DNA from: Candidatus Nanopelagicales bacterium
GTDB taxonomy: Bacteria; Actinomycetota; Actinomycetes; S36-B12
Direction: 5' to 3'
DNA length: 64,000 bases
Assembly (NCBI GenBank): GCA_040399625.1
Contig: JBBARV010000002.1
Location: 83,599 to 147,598, forward strand
Both the position numbers and the translations under genes were made by a program. The notes under the pieces are model-generated. The model had not been told where the DNA came from. It ran no database searches and saw only the letters and a program-made list of their open reading frames with translations. Below, piece after piece: positions 18,461 to 26,444 of the stretch (positions are counted from its first letter, which is position 1; each line of letters begins with the position of its first letter).

Positions 18461-19696
18461 ATGGGGATCCTGAAATCTTGGGCAATTGGAATTCTAGCGA
18501 TTATCACCGGCCTGGCTCTTTTCCTCACCGCAATGACCATCTCAAACAATATGGAGACGGCGGTCACACAGGGTGATCTGGAGCCGTTTTACACCCCACC
18601 CTCTCCCTTGGCAGGTAAACCTGGTGACCTACTTCGAGTCGAGCCCCTCGGTATCAACGTTGACGGCGCCGAATCATTGCGAATTCTGTACTTGACCGAA
18701 CTCGACAATGGTGACCTCGCTGCAGCCAGTGGAGTGGCGTTCATCCCGACCGGAATAGGTCCGCAGACACCTCGCCCAGTAATTGCCTGGACCCATGGAA
18801 CCGTGGGTGAAGGTGATGCATGCGCGCCCTCACGCACGGCCGATCCCACATCCCAGTTGACCCAGTTTCTACCCAGCATGATCCAACTTGGCTGGGCACT
18901 CGTTGCCACGGACTACACCGGCTTGGGCACCCCAGGAGTGCAGGCGTACCTACTCAAAGACCAAGAAGTCCGCGACACCGTGAACAGTGTTCGCGCCCTC
19001 CAGCAGATCCCGAATTCAGGTGTTGGCTCCCGATATGCAGTGTTCGGGCACTCACAGGGTGGGCATACCGCTTTATGGACCGGCCACCTGAGTAAAGAGT
19101 TCGCACCTGAACTTGACCTAGTCGCGGTAGTAGCCGCAGCACCAGCAGGTGAGTTAATCCAAATAATGAGTAAGCAGTGGAACACTTTGATTGGTTGGGT
19201 AATTGGTGCCGAGGTAATGCGTTCTTGGCCGCTTCGCTACCCAGACCTTCCGGTCAATGAGATTTTGACCTCTCCCGCCCAAAAGAATTATGATCGATTA
19301 GCCCAGGAATGCATCAAGGATGCCGGTCTTGAAGCAGAGATTCGAATGAATGCATTCAACGAAAACTTTTTTTCGGTGAATCCAATTGAGAATGCGGCTT
19401 GGAGCGCAGCGTTATCGGATCAAACCCCGCCACCACTCCCCGCCGAGATGCCATTGTTGCTCATCCAAGGTACCGCCGATGAAGTTGTGCTCCCTCAACC
19501 AAACGCCTACCTACAAAAGACGTGGTGTGAAGCAGGCACGAATATCAGTGCGTTGTGGCTTGGCGGCGTTGGGCACGAGCCCGCCCCAGCAATTGGTGGC
19601 CCAACGGCGGTCGACTGGTTACAGAAAATTTTTGCCGGGACTGTGCCGGGGTCAACCTGCGGGGATCCGATCCCAGTACTACCGCCACTTGAATAA
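18461..19696 (+). CDS. Secretory lipase-family (LIP) alpha/beta hydrolase
   Basis: 411 aa with an N-terminal TM/signal segment, nucleophile elbow GHSQGG, and overall resemblance to the PF03583-type lipase family. Confidence 0.7.
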   Translation: MGILKSWAIGILAIITGLALFLTAMTISNNMETAVTQGDLEPFYTPPSPLAGKPGDLLRVEPLGINVDGAESLRILYLTELDNGDLAAASGVAFIPTGIGPQTPRPVIAWTHGTVGEGDACAPSRTADPTSQLTQFLPSMIQLGWALVATDYTGLGTPGVQAYLLKDQEVRDTVNSVRALQQIPNSGVGSRYAVFGHSQGGHTALWTGHLSKEFAPELDLVAVVAAAPAGELIQIMSKQWNTLIGWVIGAEVMRSWPLRYPDLPVNEILTSPAQKNYDRLAQECIKDAGLEAEIRMNAFNENFFSVNPIENAAWSAALSDQTPPPLPAEMPLLLIQGTADEVVLPQPNAYLQKTWCEAGTNISALWLGGVGHEPAPAIGGPTAVDWLQKIFAGTVPGSTCGDPIPVLPPLE

Positions 19697-19711
19697 CGAG
19701 CTCACTTGCAA

Positions 19712-20242
19712 CTAATCAGCGGTAAGTGGACCATTTTTTGCTTGCGGAAAATAGTCCTGACCAATTCCTGAACTGCGCTTGGGCACCATCACTGATCGAT
19801 ACCAAGACACAATTTCCTCGCCGTCTTGGTTCAAACCCCGAGTTTTCATGCGGATAATTCCCATTTCTGGTCGGGATCCACTCTCTCGCGTTTCAAGACA
19901 CACACTCTCCGCGTAAATGGTGTCGCCGATGTACACCGGAAATGTAAGTTTAATATCGGTCCAACCTAAGTTGGCTACCGCATTTTGGCTCATGTCAATG
20001 ACTGATAACCCGAGGACAAGAGCCACCGTCAAACCAGATACAACGATTACTCGCCCTCCCGTTATCGGGTTGCTCTGTGCAAGGTGCGCGTTGAAGTGGT
20101 TCTGATTCGTATTACACGTGAGAAGGGTGAACCAGGTTGAGTCAGCCTCGGAGATGGTGCGCCCGAATGGGTGCTGGTAAGTAGTGCCAACTTCAAAGTC
20201 TTCAAAAAAACGGCCTAATTGGGCCGGAACTATTTCACTCAC
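19712..20242 (-). CDS. MaoC-like (R)-hydratase hot-dog fold protein
   Basis: 176 aa; MaoC dehydratase-like sequence (…FEDFEVGTTYQHPFGRTISEADSTWFTLLTCNTNQNHFN…). Confidence 0.7.
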   Translation of the reverse strand: MSEIVPAQLGRFFEDFEVGTTYQHPFGRTISEADSTWFTLLTCNTNQNHFNAHLAQSNPITGGRVIVVSGLTVALVLGLSVIDMSQNAVANLGWTDIKLTFPVYIGDTIYAESVCLETRESGSRPEMGIIRMKTRGLNQDGEEIVSWYRSVMVPKRSSGIGQDYFPQAKNGPLTAD

Positions 20243-20264
20243 CGGTGACTATTTCCCCTTGTTC

Positions 20265-20666
20265 TTATTGTTCGCCGTCGGTGCGCTTACGCCACCGATC
20301 CTCCATGCGGTTCATGAAATTTGCATTCTTTGGAGCTTTTTGGGTTTTGGCCCGAAATGCCTTGACATCAGGATCTGCGTCAATTTCGTCTGCTGAAACC
20401 ACAGCGCCGCCAGTAAATGCCGTGTAGGTGAGTACTGCCCCGATTAACATGACGGTGAAACCTGCTACACCAACCGCGGGGCTCGTTGCAACACCCAAAA
20501 CTAAAAGCCCTAAACCTGCAAGGACCGCGAGGACGCCGAGTGCCGCACGTTTACGTGTAGCCCCGGTTCCTGCAGTGCGCAGATTAGATGCAAATTTGGG
20601 GTCATCAGCGTACAAAGCCTGCTCCATTTGTTCGAGCAGTTTCTGCTCGTGTTCTGACAGTGCCAC
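20265..20666 (-). CDS. DUF3040 membrane protein (Rv2169c-like)
   Basis: MALSEHEQKLLEQMEQALYADDPKFAS followed by two TM helices, the typical DUF3040 layout. Confidence 0.85.
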   Translation of the reverse strand: MALSEHEQKLLEQMEQALYADDPKFASNLRTAGTGATRKRAALGVLAVLAGLGLLVLGVATSPAVGVAGFTVMLIGAVLTYTAFTGGAVVSADEIDADPDVKAFRAKTQKAPKNANFMNRMEDRWRKRTDGEQ

Positions 20667-20818
20667 GTTGATCCCCTTTTCTCTCGGCGCTATTTACTCA
20701 CTTTGTTCAACCTTTAGTCCCCTAAGGATATGACGAATCCTTTGGTAAGCAACCCCTCACCCCTCATTCCCGGCAAAAGTGATTGATTCGGGCCGATTAA
20801 TGACCGATGAATCACCAT

Positions 20819-22057
20819 TTATTGGCCACTAAGGGTCTCTGGTGAGCCAGAAACTGTTCGGGCCGGACGCACCGCCCCAGGACCAAACTTGTCGCGCAAA
20901 GTGTCTATTGCGAGTTCTGCATCACGGCGACCATGCTCAGGCTCACCAAAAAGTAGTTGATCGGGTGCTTCGTTGGCTGCCAGGAGGCCGTCAACCTTCA
21001 CCCCAACGAGCCGAATCCGCACCCGCTGCAATCCAAGTGCTTCATAGAGCTTCCAGACGGTTGCGTAAATCTCATGGGATAAATCGGTATAGGTACCAGT
21101 TTTGGAACGAGTGATTGTGGTGAAGTCAGCAAATCTCAGTTTCACCGTCACCGTCTTGCCTTTATATCCGGCCCTACGAAGCCGAGCCGCAACCTTGTCC
21201 GAGAGCGCGGTGAGTTCGGCACGGATTACCGTGGGATCATCAACGTCATTACTGAAGGTGTGTTCGTTACTGACACTTTTTTCCACTTCATGTGGCACGA
21301 CTGAACGAGGATCCCTGCCCCAGGCGAGTTCATGAAGGTGTGTTCCGCTCTGGCCAAGTGCCCGGTTCAGGGTTTGCACCGGAGTATTTGCAATATCTGC
21401 GACAGTCTGTAAACCAAGACGGACCAGAGCTTCTTCTGTTTTCTCTCCCACCCCCCACAATGCACCGATGGGAAGTGGGTGCAGAAAGTCAATTACTCGA
21501 TCTGCGGGGATCAGCAGTAGCCCGTCAGGTTTAGCTCTTGTTGAAGCGAGTTTTGCGACAAATTTTGTGCTGGCTACACCGACAGAACAGGTAATCCCCT
21601 GCTCGTCTGCGACCCGAGCTCGAATGAGTTCGGCAATGGTGAGTGGATTGGAAAGCCGACGAATGGCTCCCGAAACATCAAGGAATGCTTCATCGAGGCT
21701 TAACGGTTCAACGAGTGGGGTAACGGATTCAAATAGTGCCATGACATTACGGCTTACCTCAGAATATTTTTCGTGATGTGGTGTGAGGAAAGTTGCTTCG
21801 GGTGCAATTCTTCGAGCGCGTGAAATAGGCATTGCTGAGTGAACGCCAAGTGCGCGTGCTTCATAAGTTGCGGTGAGAACAACCCCGCGATTCCCCTGGG
21901 CCGCTATAACAACGGGTGTTCCTTTAAGCTCGGGGTAGTCACGTAATTCAACTGCAGCATAAAAAGCATCCATGTCAATATGCAAAATATTGCAACCTGA
22001 ATCATTGGTGCCAAAATCAAGTTTTCCAGTTTGGCGGCGCACCTGACTCCGACTCAT
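20819..22057 (-). CDS. dinB: Y-family DNA polymerase IV (DinB), catalytic residues intact
   Basis: 412 aa with ILHIDMDAFYAAVE and SLDEAFLDVS catalytic motifs. AAGGAG SD lies 5 nt upstream of the ATG. Third gene of the damage-inducible cassette. Confidence 0.9.
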   Translation of the reverse strand: MSRSQVRRQTGKLDFGTNDSGCNILHIDMDAFYAAVELRDYPELKGTPVVIAAQGNRGVVLTATYEARALGVHSAMPISRARRIAPEATFLTPHHEKYSEVSRNVMALFESVTPLVEPLSLDEAFLDVSGAIRRLSNPLTIAELIRARVADEQGITCSVGVASTKFVAKLASTRAKPDGLLLIPADRVIDFLHPLPIGALWGVGEKTEEALVRLGLQTVADIANTPVQTLNRALGQSGTHLHELAWGRDPRSVVPHEVEKSVSNEHTFSNDVDDPTVIRAELTALSDKVAARLRRAGYKGKTVTVKLRFADFTTITRSKTGTYTDLSHEIYATVWKLYEALGLQRVRIRLVGVKVDGLLAANEAPDQLLFGEPEHGRRDAELAIDTLRDKFGPGAVRPARTVSGSPETLSGQ

Positions 22058-22100
22058 GTGCGCTCCTTAATCTCTACAAATATTTCAACTATGGGTACTT

Positions 22101-25100
22101 TCACCATCCGGGTGTCCCGGGGCTTCTATGCCACAACTTACTTGGCGGGGTCGCGACTGGGGTCTTAATATCAGCATAAGCAGACTGCTTAAACCCGCTT
22201 CCATGAATGCGGGCAGTTCGTTTATGCGGTGTATCACGATCAGGAGCTTGGTGCATAAGCACCAGCTCGTTGACCGCCGCAATTCCCCCATCAAGCCACA
22301 ACCGCCTAACACCTCCCAGCTCCCAGCAGCCGGTTGCGCGCAATGAGACCCCCCGTGGCCCGGTTCGACGGATTTCACCACGAACTAACAGAATCCACGA
22401 ATTAAAAAGATCGTGGGCGTAAGGACCTTGAGCGTCTTCAAAAAAAGTTGCATCAACCGGGCCTGTTGAGTCGTCGAGGGTAAGAAAAACCACTCGCTTA
22501 CCGGTACGAATCGGTGGCATTTGGGTTGCAACTTTGACTCCAGCAATGAAGATGATTTCCTTGGATCGACATTTCAGCAGATTCCGTGATTGAACGATGT
22601 TCAGGCCTTTTATAACGTCTGAATAAAAGTCCATGACATGACCGCTGACATCAAGGCCTAAAACCTCTAACTCAGATTTCACCCGTTGCGCACTTGTCAT
22701 TTCGGGTAAACCTGATGCAATAACACCACTGTCACTTTCTGTGACGTCAAAACTCAGTTGCGCCACCGGGGTGCTTTTCCCACTTTTCCCGTGACTGCGA
22801 TCAAGATCAGCAATTTGAAGAAGCAGGTCCCGTCGCGTGATCTGCCCACGCATTTTTCGCTCGGTGAAACCGTAGAGGCTGTCAAAAGCGCCAGCCACCA
22901 CTAAGTTTTCGGCGACCGGGCGGGAGGGGCGTGCACGCAACCATAAATCAGAAAGTGAGGAAAACGGTTGGCCCGTGATGAGCCGTTCAATCTCAGCCTC
23001 AGAGATTTCCTTTAAGTCGGTAAAAGAAACCCGAATACCAAAACTCAAATCAGGGAGTTGCTCAAGGTGAAATACGTGATTTGACGCATTAACGTCAAGA
23101 CCCAAAATGGTGACCCCGAAATTTCGAGCATCATCGAGGATTAATCGTTTGGGGTACATACCGGGGTCATGGGTGAGCAGCCCACAGTAAAAAGCTTCCG
23201 GATGGTGGGTTTTTAACCACGCACTTTGATAGGTGGGCAGTGCAAAAGCAGCCGCATGCGCTTTACAGAATCCAAATGAGGCAAATGCTCGCAAAATTTC
23301 CCAGACCCGGTCAATATGGTCGATGTCATAGCCGCGCGCAAGTGCTGCCGGGTAAAACCACACTCGTACGTCGTTTTGACCCTGTGGGGATCCCATGGCC
23401 CGCCGCGATTCATCAGCTTCAGCGAGTGAACAGCCAGAAAAGATACTGAAGATCCGCAAGACTTGTTCATGAAAAACCACAACTCCATAGGTTTCGGTCA
23501 ATGCGGAGGCAAGGTCAGGGTGTGGAAATACTGGAGCATTCCACCCTTGTCGAGCCCTCAAAAATGGCGTGATCATGTCTGACTTCACTGGACCTGGGCG
23601 AAATAATGAGATGTCAATGATCAGGTCATTAAAAGTTTCCGGAGCAAACTTTCCCACCAACTCACGCTGACCTGGTGACTCAATTTGAAAACACCCCAGA
23701 GTTTTAGTTGATTGAATCAGCTCAAATGTTGCTTTGTCATCAAGTGTGGTTCCGTCAATTACCGGTCGCTCCCCCGTAACCCGTTCTGCTTCATTGAGCG
23801 CGTGCGCCATTGCCGACTGCATTCGCACACCCAGTACATCAAGTTTGAGTAATCCCATGTGTTCAACGTCATCTTTATCAAAATGGGACATGGGAAACCC
23901 TGCTGCACTACTTTCTACAGGAGTTCGATCAAGCAGTGTTAAATCCGAAAGCACAACCCCGCATGGATGCATTGCAATATGTCTGGGTAGCCCGTCAATT
24001 GCTTCAACCAAGTCAAGGAAGTTATCAATTTCACCGGTTGCGGCTAATTTGCCAAATGATGAGTGTCTCAGTTCGGGTAGGTCAACCAGCGCAGACTTCA
24101 CATTGCGAGCGCGGATATGCGGAAATGCTTTAGCAAAAGCGTCAATATCTGAGGCTGGTAAACCAAATGCGGCACCAACGTCTCGGATTGCTGAACGGAC
24201 GCGGTAGGTCTCCATCATCGAAACTGTGGCAATGCGCTCAGTTCCAAATTTGTCAAAGATCCACTGGTAGATATCCAGCCTGCGTTCGGACTCAACATCA
24301 ATGTCAATGTCGGGGAGCACCCGACGAAGGGGCGAGAGAAACCTTTCCATGAGCAAGTTTTGGGCAATGGGATCAACACCTGAAATTCCCAGTAGATAGT
24401 TGACCAAACTCCCAGCTCCGGAACCACGTGCGGCAACACGCACTCCCTTTTCTTTCACCATGTCAACAACGTGAGCAACGGTAAGAAAGTAACCGGAGAA
24501 ACCTAATTGAGTGATGGTTCGCATTTCTGCTTCAAGCCGGTGGGATGCAATGGATCGGTCATGTGAATGCGAGTAACGCTGTGGCAATTGATCTTCGCAG
24601 CGACGTAAAAGGATGTGGTTCGCCTCGCGTTCTGGTTCAGCAACCGGACGATTCACAAGAATGTCAAGTTCGGGAACGAACACGTCACCGAGACCAAGGT
24701 CACGTCTCGGATCTAGTGCACAATATTCAGCTAAGTGTTGGGTGTCACGCAATAATTTATGTACATCACGCTCACCGCCTTGTTGGCAAATCTCTCGGGC
24801 AACGTGATGCATCTGTTCAGCATCTTTCAAAAATCCTTGTGGGCTATTGCCCGCAATATGGCGTGAATCGAGAGGGACCAACAACCGGGCTGAATCAAGG
24901 AGGTCAGCGACTTTCGCCTGTTCGGGACTGACATAACGAACAGCATTTGTTAAGACGGCGGGCAGTGACACCTCCCGCGACCAGGACAGTAATCGAGCAG
25001 CTTTTGCTGTTGATGAGCCTGACTTTGATTTTTCTAAATGGGAAGTGACCGCGAGACCGAGATAGCGATCAAAGATTGCCCGCCAAGGGCGAAGCAGTGC

Positions 25101-25607
25101 ATCAGCCTGATGCGACCTTCCAGTGAGTAACGCTTGTCCAACTTCTGACTCTGAAGTAAGTAACGCAACTATTCCCGTGTGATGTTGGGCTAACGCCTGC
25201 CAGGAAAGGACCGGATCCCCACGTTGTGCATGTGCTGCGGAGACCAACCGACACAACGATGCCCAGCCCTGCGCCCCGGTGGCTAACAGAATTACCCGAG
25301 GCTTTGTTTCATCAATCCACTGGCCACCGTGTGCCGGTGTTCTGCGGGCACCACTCCCTGAAACTACTTTTGATTCAGTTCTCTCAACTGCAAGATCAAC
25401 TCCAATTACCGGAGAAATTCCATTTCGCGAGCAAGCGCGAGCCCATTGAACCGCGCCATAAAGTCCATTACGGTCAGTAAGACCAATAATTTTTTGCCCA
25501 ACGGCAGCGGCATGATCAACAATGGTGTCGGGTCGAGATACCCCGTATTGCAGTGAGTAGCTCGATGCAACCTGTAAATGGGCAAACGAATCTGATGAAA
25601 CTCCCAC
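22101..25607 (-). CDS. dnaE: DnaE-family (Pol III alpha-like, C-family) DNA polymerase with degenerate PHP motif; probable specialised DnaE2/ImuC-like copy
   Basis: 1168 aa with a PHP-like N-terminus, pol III alpha palm/fingers, and an OB fold near aa 985-1060 (IIFIAGVKVATQMPP...). GTG start lies 10 nt after the upstream gene. DnaE1 versus DnaE2 cannot be settled by eye. Confidence 0.85.
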   Translation of the reverse strand: MGVSSDSFAHLQVASSYSLQYGVSRPDTIVDHAAAVGQKIIGLTDRNGLYGAVQWARACSRNGISPVIGVDLAVERTESKVVSGSGARRTPAHGGQWIDETKPRVILLATGAQGWASLCRLVSAAHAQRGDPVLSWQALAQHHTGIVALLTSESEVGQALLTGRSHQADALLRPWRAIFDRYLGLAVTSHLEKSKSGSSTAKAARLLSWSREVSLPAVLTNAVRYVSPEQAKVADLLDSARLLVPLDSRHIAGNSPQGFLKDAEQMHHVAREICQQGGERDVHKLLRDTQHLAEYCALDPRRDLGLGDVFVPELDILVNRPVAEPEREANHILLRRCEDQLPQRYSHSHDRSIASHRLEAEMRTITQLGFSGYFLTVAHVVDMVKEKGVRVAARGSGAGSLVNYLLGISGVDPIAQNLLMERFLSPLRRVLPDIDIDVESERRLDIYQWIFDKFGTERIATVSMMETYRVRSAIRDVGAAFGLPASDIDAFAKAFPHIRARNVKSALVDLPELRHSSFGKLAATGEIDNFLDLVEAIDGLPRHIAMHPCGVVLSDLTLLDRTPVESSAAGFPMSHFDKDDVEHMGLLKLDVLGVRMQSAMAHALNEAERVTGERPVIDGTTLDDKATFELIQSTKTLGCFQIESPGQRELVGKFAPETFNDLIIDISLFRPGPVKSDMITPFLRARQGWNAPVFPHPDLASALTETYGVVVFHEQVLRIFSIFSGCSLAEADESRRAMGSPQGQNDVRVWFYPAALARGYDIDHIDRVWEILRAFASFGFCKAHAAAFALPTYQSAWLKTHHPEAFYCGLLTHDPGMYPKRLILDDARNFGVTILGLDVNASNHVFHLEQLPDLSFGIRVSFTDLKEISEAEIERLITGQPFSSLSDLWLRARPSRPVAENLVVAGAFDSLYGFTERKMRGQITRRDLLLQIADLDRSHGKSGKSTPVAQLSFDVTESDSGVIASGLPEMTSAQRVKSELEVLGLDVSGHVMDFYSDVIKGLNIVQSRNLLKCRSKEIIFIAGVKVATQMPPIRTGKRVVFLTLDDSTGPVDATFFEDAQGPYAHDLFNSWILLVRGEIRRTGPRGVSLRATGCWELGGVRRLWLDGGIAAVNELVLMHQAPDRDTPHKRTARIHGSGFKQSAYADIKTPVATPPSKLWHRSPGTPGW

Positions 25608-25617
25608 GGCTATTCGA

Positions 25618-26094
25618 TCAGCTCACGCGTAAAAATTGAGAAGGTGAATCACAACTGTAGGTTTCTAAAGACAAACGCCCCTGCACAAGTGCATCAAGGG
25701 ATGCGGCCACTTCGAAGATGAATCGCTGTGAGTCACGAACGAGGTCGTCAGCTTCCCGTGAGGTAACACAGGGAATACCTGCTTGTGCCGATGCGCGTTT
25801 GTGCGCACCTGCGGCAAAGAAAATTGCCCACTCACCAAATTCGGGGGCGACCTCGGTGAGTACTTCCCACGCGCTACGAATGCGCTGTCTCGTTGGGCCT
25901 CCATTTGGGCCCCCATGTGGGTTCAGGGCCACTTGGGCACGGGCGGCCAGAACTGCCGCAGCGGCGCGTAATGCACCAAGGTGTGCTGCCGCATAACGCT
26001 CATGTGGAGTGTGTGCCGCTATGGCTTCCTGCAAACTTCCCTGGGCGCAATGCAGTAGCTCTAACGCTGGGCGGCGCGTGAACTTTCCCACCAT
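25618..26094 (-). CDS. SAV_6107-like HEPN-family small helical protein
   Basis: The 158-aa version starts at ATG 26094 with GAAAGGA 8 nt upstream. ERYAAAHLGALRAAAAVLAARA, EWAIFFAAGAHKRASAQAG and SREADDLVRDSQRF resemble the actinobacterial 'SAV_6107 family HEPN' proteins, as I recall them. The ORF track extends to 26349, which lies upstream of the predicted TSS. Confidence 0.6.
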   Translation of the reverse strand: MVGKFTRRPALELLHCAQGSLQEAIAAHTPHERYAAAHLGALRAAAAVLAARAQVALNPHGGPNGGPTRQRIRSAWEVLTEVAPEFGEWAIFFAAGAHKRASAQAGIPCVTSREADDLVRDSQRFIFEVAASLDALVQGRLSLETYSCDSPSQFLRVS

Positions 26095-26174
26095 GGGAGA
26101 TCCTTTCGGGTTGATCGACAAAATTTTGGTGCCAAAAAGACACCGACTTCTCTCGACCCACCCGCACACAATCC

Positions 26175-26211
26175 AGTCACCGGGGTCGGGGTCGAATCGA
26201 CCCCGGTGACT
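26175..26211. repeat. Perfect 13-bp inverted repeat with a nested 17-bp palindrome in the cassette leader
   Basis: AGTCACCGGGGTC (26175-26187) pairs with GACCCCGGTGACT (26199-26211). The inner palindrome GGGGTCGAATCGACCCC spans 26188-26204. Confidence 0.9.
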
Positions 26212-26301
26212 GTGATCATGTGCCGGTACTGCTGGTACTAACTGACCCGACCCGCGCCTGGCCGCGAATCCGGGCCCGGGAGGCAGTTCAAACAGGTTAA
26301 A

Positions 26302-26317
26302 TCGAACACCTGTTCGA
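26302..26317. promoter_or_regulatory. LexA (SOS) box, perfect TCGAAC-N4-GTTCGA
   Basis: TCGAACACCTGTTCGA read directly. This matches the actinobacterial/Gram-positive LexA operator consensus. Confidence 0.8.
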
Positions 26318-26326
26318 ACAGATCCA

Positions 26327-26348
26327 AAGATAGACCGGACCACTGACA
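26327..26348 (-). promoter_or_regulatory. RecA-NDp / PafBC-type DNA-damage promoter motif
   Basis: The minus strand reads TGTCAGTG-gtccggtc-TATCTT, matching tTGTCRgtg-N8-TAnnnT. The LexA box starts 9 nt downstream of the -10 hexamer. Confidence 0.65.
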
Positions 26349-26444
26349 TCCGTCAACCCCACCCCAAGATTCACTTCATAAACCGCCCAAATCCCCCTAT
26401 GCCACGGGGCCGTGGCCAAACTGACCCAGGACTAATGTTGATCC

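Noticed and set aside
21577-21584. TGTCGGTG (minus strand) inside dinB, a possible third RecA-NDp motif
   Set aside because: The hexamer 8 nt downstream is ACAAAA, not TAnnnT, and the site is intragenic.
25981-25998. RYAAAH (R-x4-H) string in the HEPN-like protein as evidence for HEPN RNase activity
   Set aside because: The motif is short enough to occur by chance, and it lies in the first third of the protein rather than at the usual helix-4 position. Catalytic status is left open.
26095-26349. 85-codon N-terminal extension of the HEPN-like ORF (ATG 26349)
   Set aside because: The extension contains the LexA box and starts upstream of the predicted -10/TSS. It also encodes the GC-rich palindromes, and family resemblance begins only after Met86, which has its own SD-like GAAAGGA. 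It is kept as a stated alternative only.
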